The translations under genes and the position numbers were made by a program. Below the pieces are notes generated by a model that saw only the letters and a list, made by a program, of their open reading frames with translations, ran no database searches and had not been told where the DNA came from. A stretch of DNA of 44,280 nt from an uncultured Methanosarcinales archaeon (GTDB lineage Archaea > Nanobdellota > Nanobdellia > Woesearchaeales > CAYNLP01): the NCBI GenBank assembly GCA_964398115.1, contig CAYNLP010000002.1:36724-81003 (forward strand), read 5' to 3'. The stretch's first letter is position 1, and every line of letters starts with the position of its first letter. Positions 29,287 through 37,284 of the stretch are shown here, piece after piece.

Positions 29287-30521
29287 TAAAAGATTATTTG
29301 AAAATGGCGTGGACTAACCTTTCTCACAGGAAGCTGCGTAGTTGGCTTACTATTATAGGAATCTTTGTCGGCATCGCAGCAGTGGTGGCTTTGATAAGCG
29401 TAGGTCAAGGCTTGCAAGGTGCAATCACTCAGCAGTTTGAAGAACTTGGGACTGACTTGTTGATTATACAACCCAAGTCGGCGGGTCCTACCACGGCGGG
29501 TAGTGAAAACCCTGCGTTGTTGACGACAGAAGATGAAGACGTGGTGAGTAAGACCAATGGGGTGTTGATGACCACAACCATGGTCTTCAGAAGCGCAAGA
29601 ATTGAATTCAAGGATGAAGTGAGTTTTCAATTCGTTTCAGGGATTCCTACTGACGATCCAGAGAAGATGAGCCTTGCTCAAAGGATGGCAACTATGGATG
29701 TCATGCAGGGGCGTAACATCGATGGTGGTGGTCGATTCAACGCTTTAGCGGGTTTTTCTTACACAAATGAGGATGAGGTTTTTTCTCAAAGCATTAGAGT
29801 TGGTGATAAGGTTAATATTGAAGGTCAAAATTTTGACATCATCGGTGTTTTAGAGAAGATTGGAAGCCCTCCGGATGATCGACAGATGGTTCTTCCTATG
29901 GAGACTGCTGATGAAGTTTTGGATGTTGGAGAATTTAATGGAGATAAGGTGAGGGATTATATTGTTGCTAAGATAAATCCGAGTGTTTCTCCTGAATCAG
30001 TTGTGGAGAGGGTGGAGCGTCAGCTTCGTAGTCATCGAGGTTTGGATGAGGGAGATGAAGACTTTCAGGTCCAGACTGCCGAGCAATTGTTGAGCAGTTT
30101 TAATGATATTTTAGTTGTAGTCCAATCTGTTCTGGTTGGCATCGCTGGTATTAGCTTATTAGTTGGGGGGATTGGGATTATGAATACTATGTATACGGCG
30201 GTGGTTCAACGTACTAAAGAGATTGGTATTATGAAAGCTGTTGGTGCTAAGAACAGCGACATCTTGCAGATTTTCTTGATAGAATCCGGTGTTCTAGGCT
30301 TGGTGGGGGGTGCTATCGGAGTAACTTTAGGTTATTTGATAAGCAGGGTTGTGACGGATATAACAGCTCAGTTCATAGCTGGTGACTTGACTACTTTCTT
30401 TCCTTGGTGGCTTGTGCTTGGTGGTTTGGCTTTTAGTTTTGTCATCGGCGCTGCTTCAGGGGTTTTGCCAGCGATTCAAGCCAGTCGGATGGATCCGGTG
30501 GATAGTTTGAGGTATGAGTAG
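29283..30521 (+). CDS. ABC transporter permease (MacB/FtsX family), paralog
   Basis: Same motifs as the upstream permease; ATGA overlap. Confidence 0.95.
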   Translation: MIKDYLKMAWTNLSHRKLRSWLTIIGIFVGIAAVVALISVGQGLQGAITQQFEELGTDLLIIQPKSAGPTTAGSENPALLTTEDEDVVSKTNGVLMTTTMVFRSARIEFKDEVSFQFVSGIPTDDPEKMSLAQRMATMDVMQGRNIDGGGRFNALAGFSYTNEDEVFSQSIRVGDKVNIEGQNFDIIGVLEKIGSPPDDRQMVLPMETADEVLDVGEFNGDKVRDYIVAKINPSVSPESVVERVERQLRSHRGLDEGDEDFQVQTAEQLLSSFNDILVVVQSVLVGIAGISLLVGGIGIMNTMYTAVVQRTKEIGIMKAVGAKNSDILQIFLIESGVLGLVGGAIGVTLGYLISRVVTDITAQFIAGDLTTFFPWWLVLGGLAFSFVIGAASGVLPAIQASRMDPVDSLRYE

Positions 30522-30556
30522 TTTTAAATACGATTTTAACTTGGTGGTAGGATAGG

Positions 30557-30973
30557 ATGGTTGAATATTGGATTGTTGGATTAGCACTTCTTGGATTTAT
30601 TGATAGTTTGTATACTGCTATCCAGCAAATTCATAACGTGTTTGAATTCTGCTTTACGAAAGATTTTGTAAGGGTTGGTTGCTACGACATCTTGCATAGC
30701 GAATGGGCGAGTATTTTCTGGGTTCCAAATAGTTGGCTTGGAACCGCTGCGTATGCGTTGTTGAGCTTTATGTATTGGAAGCCTGAATGGATACCTTTAA
30801 GCTTGGATTTAGTTCACTGGATTGGTGCAGGAATTGCCACTCTTGGTTTGGCAATGAGTTATTACTTGGTTTACGTCCAGCATGAAAAGTTGGAGAAGTA
30901 TTGTATTTTCTGCCTTACAAGCACGTTGTTAATGACAATAATTTTCGTACTTTCTTGGAGTTTAGTTTTGTGA
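30557..30973 (+). CDS. VKOR family protein (second copy)
   Basis: FC........GCYDILHSEWA.IF.VP and YCIFC. Confidence 0.88.
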   Translation: MVEYWIVGLALLGFIDSLYTAIQQIHNVFEFCFTKDFVRVGCYDILHSEWASIFWVPNSWLGTAAYALLSFMYWKPEWIPLSLDLVHWIGAGIATLGLAMSYYLVYVQHEKLEKYCIFCLTSTLLMTIIFVLSWSLVL

Positions 30974-31003
30974 ACAGGGAAAAACTTTTTCCCTGCTCAC
31001 AAA
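30967..31003. terminator. 18-bp-arm hairpin, probable terminator between convergent units
   Basis: tttgtgaacagggaaaaa-c-tttttccctgctcacaaa. The single mismatch is a G-U pair on the minus-strand RNA. Confidence 0.6.
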
Positions 31004-31033
31004 GTGCCTGTGCACGGAGGGGCGTTCGGTTAC

Positions 31034-31117
31034 CTACACAGATTCTATACTTACAGTGGCTCTAGGGTCATCGAAACGGTCGGAGGTATGTTCTTTGAAT
31101 TTTTTCCAACTATTCAT
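31034..31117 (-). CDS. candidate 27-aa small ORF MNSWKKFKEHTSDRFDDPRATVSIESV
   Basis: GGTGAT SD 7 nt before ATG, TTTATAAA at 31153-31160, hairpin downstream. Confidence 0.4.
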   Translation of the reverse strand: MNSWKKFKEHTSDRFDDPRATVSIESV

Positions 31118-31231
31118 TTTTTCTATCACCCATTCCTATCTTACTATTTGGTTTTATAAATGAGTTGTTAAAGAACGTTCTAGAGGTATCTTTCATAACC
31201 TTTATAAACCACTTTGGAACAGGTGTGAAAC

Positions 31232-31894
31232 ATGGTAAACTTGGCGTTAGTGCCGGATTGGTTTTTTGGTTATGATATAATTCTTGAATTGATATTTGTG
31301 GCTATAACGTTAGCTGTCAGTTGGTACGCTTTTAAAACGTATAAACTAACGGGGGAGTCAAGGAGTAAATTGTTCAGTATTTCTTTTATATTGATATCGT
31401 TGGGTTATTTTGCGCTTTCCTTGGTTAACTTTGTTGTTTTTTACAGGGCAGAAACTGGGATTTCTAACTATTTGAACTTTCTAAAAATACAAGTTTTTGA
31501 ACAGATTGGGATTTACATATACATGATTTTATTCTTATCAGGGTTGCTTACTTTAGCTTATATGACCTTTGAAAAAAGGAGTAAGAAGATGTATGTGACG
31601 TTGTTCTCTTTATTATTCGTTTCTTTTGTTTTAACAGCTGAGATATCGTTCTTCTTCTATATCGTTTCTGCTATTTTCTTGATGGTGATTCTGTGGTATT
31701 ATGTTAAGAATTATTTAGAGAAAAAAAGATTGAATACGGGTTTGGTTATGTCGGCTTTCATCCTGCTTTTCATAGGGAGGTCACAGTTTATATTTTCTCA
31801 AATTGATAAAGTGTTTTATCCGTTGGGGCATTTTCTGGAATTAGCTGCGTATATTTTGATATTGTCTAGTTTGGTTTTAGCTATGAAGAAATGA
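31232..31894 (+). CDS. 7-TM membrane protein, putative sensor
   Basis: Seven hydrophobic segments, TTTATAAA at 31201-31208, and ATGA coupling to a wHTH gene. Confidence 0.75.
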   Translation: MVNLALVPDWFFGYDIILELIFVAITLAVSWYAFKTYKLTGESRSKLFSISFILISLGYFALSLVNFVVFYRAETGISNYLNFLKIQVFEQIGIYIYMILFLSGLLTLAYMTFEKRSKKMYVTLFSLLFVSFVLTAEISFFFYIVSAIFLMVILWYYVKNYLEKKRLNTGLVMSAFILLFIGRSQFIFSQIDKVFYPLGHFLELAAYILILSSLVLAMKK

Positions 31895-32163
31895 GTTCGA
31901 AACGTAATCGCATGGAGATAATCCATGACATCTTGGATGCTATCAGGGAGGAGGGTGAGATTAAACCCACTCATATATTGTATGGTGCGAACTTGTCGCA
32001 TGATATGATGAAGGATTACTTGGATGAGTTATTGGAGAAAGACATGATTGAGAAGAAAGAAGAGGATGACGGCACGTTTTATAGCCTTAAAGAGAAAGGT
32101 TTTGAATATTTGAATGAGTATGAGCGTATTAAGGAGTTTATGGAAAGTTTTGGCTTGGATTAG
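31891..32163 (+). CDS. archaeal winged-helix transcription regulator (HTH_45-like)
   Basis: KRNRMEIIHDIL...KPTHILYGANLS...YL..L...KG..YL. Confidence 0.9.
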   Translation: MSSKRNRMEIIHDILDAIREEGEIKPTHILYGANLSHDMMKDYLDELLEKDMIEKKEEDDGTFYSLKEKGFEYLNEYERIKEFMESFGLD

Positions 32164-32723
32164 TCTTTTAGCACTTCTAAGATTATGATTAGTAGGAATG
32201 CTGTGAATGCCATCAATGGTATTGTGATGTATCCGAGGTGGAAGAAGTTTCTTACTGCGCATTCAACTCCTTCGGTGCAGCTGAAGGTGAGTTTGGTTAC
32301 TTGTATCATGTAGTGGTAGAATGCTATCATGCCTCCTATGATTGACATAGGGATTGTGTACTGTGGTATTTTTTCTTTCTTGTAAATGGCTATTCCTAGT
32401 AAAAGGACTAAGGGGTACATGAAGATTCTTTGGAACCAGCATAGTTTGCATGGGGTGTACCCTGCTATTTGGCTGTAGAATAAGCTTCCGCTCGTTGCTA
32501 TTAATGCTACTATGAATGCGAGTTTCGTCCCGTTATTTCTTATGTCGTCTAAGAATTTTGGTTTGGTTATTATGAATATTGCGAGGAGTATTAAGATTAG
32601 GTGTGCTGCTATTGTTAAGTGTACTAAGCTGTCTTTTACTGCTTGTAAGGGACTTGTTAGGAGTAGGTTAACTGCTAGTGTTGCGATTATTAATCCGATG
32701 CTCCCCCAAAAGGTTTTGTTCAT
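32160..32723 (-). CDS. dsbB: disulfide bond formation protein B (DsbB/BdbC-like)
   Basis: GSLFYS...YTPCKLCWFQRIFMYP, second pair C.....C, and ITIPLMA. Confidence 0.92.
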   Translation of the reverse strand: MNKTFWGSIGLIIATLAVNLLLTSPLQAVKDSLVHLTIAAHLILILLAIFIITKPKFLDDIRNNGTKLAFIVALIATSGSLFYSQIAGYTPCKLCWFQRIFMYPLVLLLGIAIYKKEKIPQYTIPMSIIGGMIAFYHYMIQVTKLTFSCTEGVECAVRNFFHLGYITIPLMAFTAFLLIIILEVLKD

Positions 32724-32800
32724 ACGTTTAGAAGAAGGGGTTTTGTTATAAAAATTTATTGAAAAGTTTAATATAGTATTTTTTGTTGTGTAGTTTTTTA

Positions 32801-33346
32801 ATGGTTAATGATGAACTCCTTAAATGGTTGAGGGGGAGGAAGATTCAGGGTTACAGTCCTGATCGTTTGAGACCGGTCCTTCTGGATAAGGGTTGGGATG
32901 CGGAAGAAGTAGATAAAGCGATTGACCGAGTTTATTCTGAAGATGATAGTTTGAATCCTGGTCCTTTCATCGCAGGTGGTATAGTCTTGCTTATTTTCGC
33001 TAGTGGGATTGTTTGGTATCAAACCTCAGATTTTGAAACTCAGAACAAGTGGATTGAATCTCCTGCTAACAATTCAGAATTTAAAGTAGATAGTGCTTGT
33101 GATGAGTTATCTGAAAATTTAGAAAGTTGTACTACTTACAGGTGTGAGACTCCTGATTTCACTAGGCAGGTGGTGAATTTACAAGGGGGTGGTTGTCGCT
33201 TGGTTGAGAGAACTGATGATAGGGCGTGGCGTTGTGATTTGAATGATTCTTTGAAAGAGGAATTGATCAGTTTGTATAGTGATGGGGTAGAGCCACTTCC
33301 GGATAGTTTCAAGCGAAATTGTGAAACTAGTAATATTGCTCAGTGA
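32801..33346 (+). CDS. single-pass membrane protein with Cys-rich extracellular domain
   Basis: N-terminal GYS...L...GW....V helical motif, TM, then six Cys. ATG at 32801. Confidence 0.7.
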   Translation: MVNDELLKWLRGRKIQGYSPDRLRPVLLDKGWDAEEVDKAIDRVYSEDDSLNPGPFIAGGIVLLIFASGIVWYQTSDFETQNKWIESPANNSEFKVDSACDELSENLESCTTYRCETPDFTRQVVNLQGGGCRLVERTDDRAWRCDLNDSLKEELISLYSDGVEPLPDSFKRNCETSNIAQ

Positions 33347-34013
33347 ATATTTTTTCTTGTTTGAATCCTTTCTTCAACAATTTTTGTTGGACTTTTTCTA
33401 CCATTGGTGGTGGGCCGCATATGTATGCTTCGGCTTGTTTGTTTTTACAGAGGTTAAGGTATTCTTCTACACGTCCGTGTCGTCCTTCCCAACTTGGGTT
33501 TTCTCCTGGTCTGCTAATTGTTGGAATGTAGGTGAAGTTTTCTCCTTCCATGTTTGAAAGTTGTTTGTAGTATCCGAATTCGTCGTTGTAGCTCACTCCG
33601 TGTAAGAAGGTTTGTTTTCTGTCACTATTTTTTTCTTTGAGGTGTCGAGCCATTGAAACTAGTGGTGCTATACCGCTCCCTGCGGCTATATAGTATATCT
33701 CGTTGTCTGTGTCTTGTAAAGTGAAGTTACCAAATGGGCCGGTTAGCTTTGCTTTTTCTCCTTCTTCCATTTCAACAATGTGCTGGGCTACGTCACCGTC
33801 GGGATATGCTTTCACGTAGAATTCTATATTTTCTTCGCTTGGTGTGTTTGTCATGCTGTATGGTCGCATGAGTTCTTCATCTTCTTTTTCTATGGTGAGG
33901 TTGAGAAATTGTCCTGGTTGGAATTCTATATTTTTTTCTGGTTTGAATTTCATGATGCATATCATTGGCTTTAGGTGCTCTTTCCTGACTAGCTTTGCTG
34001 AGAATTGGTTCAT
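33327..34013 (-). CDS. ferredoxin-NAD(P)+ reductase-like FAD/NAD(P)-binding oxidoreductase
   Basis: PGQF, RPYS, GPFGNF, AAGSGIAP, YICGPPPM and terminal EQY. ATG at 34013. Confidence 0.92.
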   Translation of the reverse strand: MNQFSAKLVRKEHLKPMICIMKFKPEKNIEFQPGQFLNLTIEKEDEELMRPYSMTNTPSEENIEFYVKAYPDGDVAQHIVEMEEGEKAKLTGPFGNFTLQDTDNEIYYIAAGSGIAPLVSMARHLKEKNSDRKQTFLHGVSYNDEFGYYKQLSNMEGENFTYIPTISRPGENPSWEGRHGRVEEYLNLCKNKQAEAYICGPPPMVEKVQQKLLKKGFKQEKIFTEQYY

Positions 34014-34213
34014 ATTAGGTTTGTTTTTTCTAATCCTATCCATGCTGCTGACCAGATTAGGAATACTACGCCGAAGAAAAGTCCTAGGATGCTGAGTGGG
34101 AATAGCATTGCGGCTGTTGGTGTTTGAGGTACTTGTGCACTTGCTAGGTAAACTGCGCTTAGTATTATTAGAACAGCTCCTGCTATCATGAGTGTTTTTT
34201 GATCTTGGTTCAT
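34010..34213 (-). CDS. small 2-TM membrane protein
   Basis: Two hydrophobic helices; ATGA overlap with the FNR-like gene. Confidence 0.65.
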   Translation of the reverse strand: MNQDQKTLMIAGAVLIILSAVYLASAQVPQTPTAAMLFPLSILGLFFGVVFLIWSAAWIGLEKTNLI

Positions 34214-34296
34214 ATCTTTTTCTAGAAGGTGGTTTGGTTAAAAAACTTTTTGCTTTGGGATATATTTAAATAGAAACGTTAGGGATGTTATATTCG

Positions 34297-35235
34297 ATGC
34301 GTAAAGTAATATTGTTTTTGGCTTTGTTATTACTGGTTGGATGTGGACAACAACCTATTAATAAGAGTTTGAACAACACCGATGTTTCTTTTAACGATAG
34401 TGTTGTGAATGAATCTAAAGATAATGAAAGTTTTTCTAACAATAGTAAGGGTGGTGAAAACGTAGGTGTAGATGCCGGTGTTAACGCCACGGTTGAGAGT
34501 GATTTAGAAAGTGCTGAAAACATTACAGAATTGTTGAAAGAGTTGAAGGAAAGGCAGAAGAGGATATATGATAAGAGGATTGAAGTTGTGAATCAAAGGC
34601 GTGAAATTCGTGGTATAATAAATAGTAACATAAGTTTTGAAGATCGACAATTTTATGATAAAGTTTACGCCATACTTGGAGAGAAGAAGTCAGAACTTAC
34701 TTTAGAAGCGCAGTTGTTGGAGTCAAGGATTAAACATTTAGAGAAAAAGGTTGAAAGAGGTAAGACGTTAAGACAATTTAAGAATCGGTTGGAGGAGTTA
34801 AAGCAAGAAGAAAAGGAGATTAAAGTAGATTTGAAAAATGTTAGTAAGGAAATAATAAAGGTAAGGCAAGAGTTGGTTAATAATTACAGCAGTGACGTAC
34901 AGAATCGTTTGAAAAGTTTACAATCAAGAGAGGAAGATTTACTAAGTCAGTTGAATGACGTCCGAGATGAGATAAATGAGAAGAGAAATCAGATTGATGA
35001 GTTTAACACCACGATTAACTTCACTACTGATAAAGAATTGTTGATAGAAAGGCAAGCTTTGACTACTGAGTTGAGTGTGGTGAGGAATAAAATTGCTAAC
35101 AAGTATGTTGAATTAAGTAAAGCTTCGTCAGATGAGGAAGTTCAAAGGATTAGGGATGAAATTGATAAGCTTGATGATAGAGAAAAGGAGTTAAGGTCCA
35201 AAATTAGAAGTATTGATGAACAGCTTAAATCTTGA
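34297..35235 (+). CDS. putative lipoprotein with long coiled coil
   Basis: Lipobox LLVGC, N-x-S/T-rich linker and ~230 aa of heptads. TTTAAATA at 34265-34272. Confidence 0.75.
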   Translation: MRKVILFLALLLLVGCGQQPINKSLNNTDVSFNDSVVNESKDNESFSNNSKGGENVGVDAGVNATVESDLESAENITELLKELKERQKRIYDKRIEVVNQRREIRGIINSNISFEDRQFYDKVYAILGEKKSELTLEAQLLESRIKHLEKKVERGKTLRQFKNRLEELKQEEKEIKVDLKNVSKEIIKVRQELVNNYSSDVQNRLKSLQSREEDLLSQLNDVRDEINEKRNQIDEFNTTINFTTDKELLIERQALTTELSVVRNKIANKYVELSKASSDEEVQRIRDEIDKLDDREKELRSKIRSIDEQLKS

Positions 35236-35959
35236 TGACGTCACCAGCCTTTGGCATTATCATTTTCTGATCTGACTTTTCAAGCCTTTTCTTAATATTT
35301 TCTTCCTTTCTTACCTCTCGGTTTAGGTGGACGATCGCGCATGCTTTTACATTTTGCTCATTCATGGTTTCTTCTACGGTGTTGATGTGACCATGTCCCT
35401 CTATACCTTGGTTTACAGTGTAGGTTTCGTGTACTAGCAAGTCAGCGTTTTCATAAAGTTCTTTACTTTCGAAAGTGTCTTCTCCATCTCCACTGTAGCA
35501 AAAAGTTTTTTCTTCATCTTCAATCCGGATGGCTTTGTTGGGAGCCGCATGCTTGGTAGGAGCGGTTTTGAAACCTAGCTTTCCAAAAGCAGGGGTTTGT
35601 TCTAAATTCACAAATTCGATGTCGTAATTGAATTTTTCTCTGAAGCCGGGATATGCCATTTCTAATGAGACGAGGATTTCATCTTTCATCTCACTGTTTA
35701 AAATGTATATTGGTTTTTCTCTTCCGTCTTCCCACATCCTCATCAAGAGGGCTTGCACTCCAAAGTAGTGATCTGCGTGAGGATGACTAGTCCAGATAGC
35801 GTCTAAGAAGTCTGGGTCGTCATTGTATTCCCAAAGTGCGTGTGGCACGCTATAACCACAATCTAGTAAGATGGTTGTACCGTTGGCTTCTAGAATCATG
35901 GAAACGTTTGTGTGTTTTTCGTCGAACGCTTCTCCGACGCCGATGAAAGTGACTTTCAT
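35225..35959 (-). CDS. RNase Z-like metallo-beta-lactamase fold hydrolase
   Basis: LLDCG, SHPHADH, YSGD, LVHE and VHL. Confidence 0.85.
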   Translation of the reverse strand: MKVTFIGVGEAFDEKHTNVSMILEANGTTILLDCGYSVPHALWEYNDDPDFLDAIWTSHPHADHYFGVQALLMRMWEDGREKPIYILNSEMKDEILVSLEMAYPGFREKFNYDIEFVNLEQTPAFGKLGFKTAPTKHAAPNKAIRIEDEEKTFCYSGDGEDTFESKELYENADLLVHETYTVNQGIEGHGHINTVEETMNEQNVKACAIVHLNREVRKEENIKKRLEKSDQKMIMPKAGDVIKI

Positions 35960-36000
35960 ATATCTTCTTTTAGTGGTTGGATTTTATTTAATTTTTGCAG

Positions 36001-36029
36001 TTATTTATTGTCTATATGGAAAATAATTA
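36001..36029 (+). promoter_or_regulatory. dispersed intergenic motif, copy 3
   Basis: ttatttattgtctatatggaaaataatta. Confidence 0.55.
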
Positions 36030-36075
36030 TTTTGGAGAAACTCTTATATAGAAAGCTCTGCGGATATTGAAATTG

Positions 36076-36555
36076 ATGCCGGAAGAAACTAAGCTAGAAG
36101 AATTTGAAGAAGAGATAGAGCATGAGTTTCATGAAATTGACAAGCACATAATTAAGTGGATGAAGAAACATGGCCTTCACTGGCTACGTTACAGCCTAGC
36201 TATCATCTTCATCTGGTTTGGAATTTTGAAACCTTTTGATGTGAGCCCCGCTGCAGAGCTTGTAGCGAATACCGTTTACTGGGCGGATCCGAGCTGGTTT
36301 GTTTCTTTCCTTGGCTGGTGGGAAGTAGCCATCGGTGTTTGTCTATTGTGGAAGCCTTTGTTAAGAGTTGGTATTGGTTTGATGGCATTGCAAATGGCTG
36401 GCACATTCCTACCTTTGATATTGTTACCAGAAGTCGTATATCAAGATAACATGTTGCCTTTCCTAACCTTGGAGGGGCAGTACATCATTAAGAATTTGGT
36501 TTTGATAACTGCGGCCATGGTTATTGGTAGTCATGTTAATGATGATAAGATTTGA
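36076..36555 (+). CDS. DoxX/DUF417-like membrane protein
   Basis: LRYSLAIIFIWFGILK...SPA..LV and TLEGQYIIKNLVL. Confidence 0.8.
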   Translation: MPEETKLEEFEEEIEHEFHEIDKHIIKWMKKHGLHWLRYSLAIIFIWFGILKPFDVSPAAELVANTVYWADPSWFVSFLGWWEVAIGVCLLWKPLLRVGIGLMALQMAGTFLPLILLPEVVYQDNMLPFLTLEGQYIIKNLVLITAAMVIGSHVNDDKI

Positions 36556-36731
36556 CGTTCTGTAACGGGTTAGTTGTGACTGTTTGAACCTTTAAGAATA
36601 AAGTGTTATAGAAAAATATTTTGTAGAATAATTTTCGTGAGGAGAACTTTTTCTTTCAATATTTCGAATACTTATATCTCAAAATATCATCTTCAAAACA
36701 ATAACGTTTAAATAAGAGGTTGAATAACTAA

Positions 36732-36779
36732 ACCCTAGATGTGTTGGTTCTAAACCAACAGAGACACTACATATAGTGT
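36732..36779. promoter_or_regulatory. tandem NrdR boxes (degenerate 36732-36747, near-consensus 36764-36779)
   Basis: ACACTACATATAGTGT matches the NrdR-box palindrome. ACCCTAGATGTGTTGG starts 32 bp upstream. TTTAAATA at 36707-36714. Confidence 0.8.
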
Positions 36780-36820
36780 TTCCCGTTGTTACGGGTTTTC
36801 GGAAAGAAATCGAGAAAAAA

Positions 36821-37270
36821 ATGAAATGTGTATACTGCGATAACGAAGAAACAAAAGTAATAGAAACGAGAGAGAACGAAGAAGCCACTCGTAGAAGAAG
36901 AGAATGCACTTCTTGCGAAGAAAGATTCACCACTTACGAAAAACCCAAACTGCAAGGAATAATAGTAAGAAAAAAAAGCGGAGAAAAAGAACCTTTCAGC
37001 AAAGAAAAAATAAAGAAAGGTATGATGAAAGCCTGCAAGAAAAGACCAGTTTCTGAAGAAGAAATAGATCAAGCCGTAGATGAAATCGAACAAAGCTTCC
37101 AAAAAAGAGACGGTAAAGAATTCACCACAAAACAAGTCGGAGCAATCGTATTGAAAAAACTACAAGCCTTGGATAAAGTAGCCTATATGAGATTCGCAAG
37201 CGTATATAGAGAATTTTCAGACATTAGCAGTTTCGAATCAGAACTGCAAAAAATCGTTAAACAAACTTAG
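36821..37270 (+). CDS. nrdR: transcriptional repressor NrdR
   Basis: MKCVYC...TKVIETR...RRRRECTSC..RFTTYE Zn ribbon, ATP cone, and DKVAYMRFASVYREF. ATG at 36821. Confidence 0.96.
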   Translation: MKCVYCDNEETKVIETRENEEATRRRRECTSCEERFTTYEKPKLQGIIVRKKSGEKEPFSKEKIKKGMMKACKKRPVSEEEIDQAVDEIEQSFQKRDGKEFTTKQVGAIVLKKLQALDKVAYMRFASVYREFSDISSFESELQKIVKQT

Positions 37271-37284
37271 GAGGGGTAACAAGT

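Noticed and set aside
31088-31159. Plus-strand small ORF after GGAGGT
   Set aside because: The SD abuts the ATG with zero spacing and there is no promoter. The minus-strand ORF has better signals.
36556-36820. Cobalamin riboswitch upstream of nrdR-nrdJ-cobO
   Set aside because: Only short hairpins are present, with no recognisable B12-box, and the probable UTR (~80 nt) is occupied by NrdR boxes.
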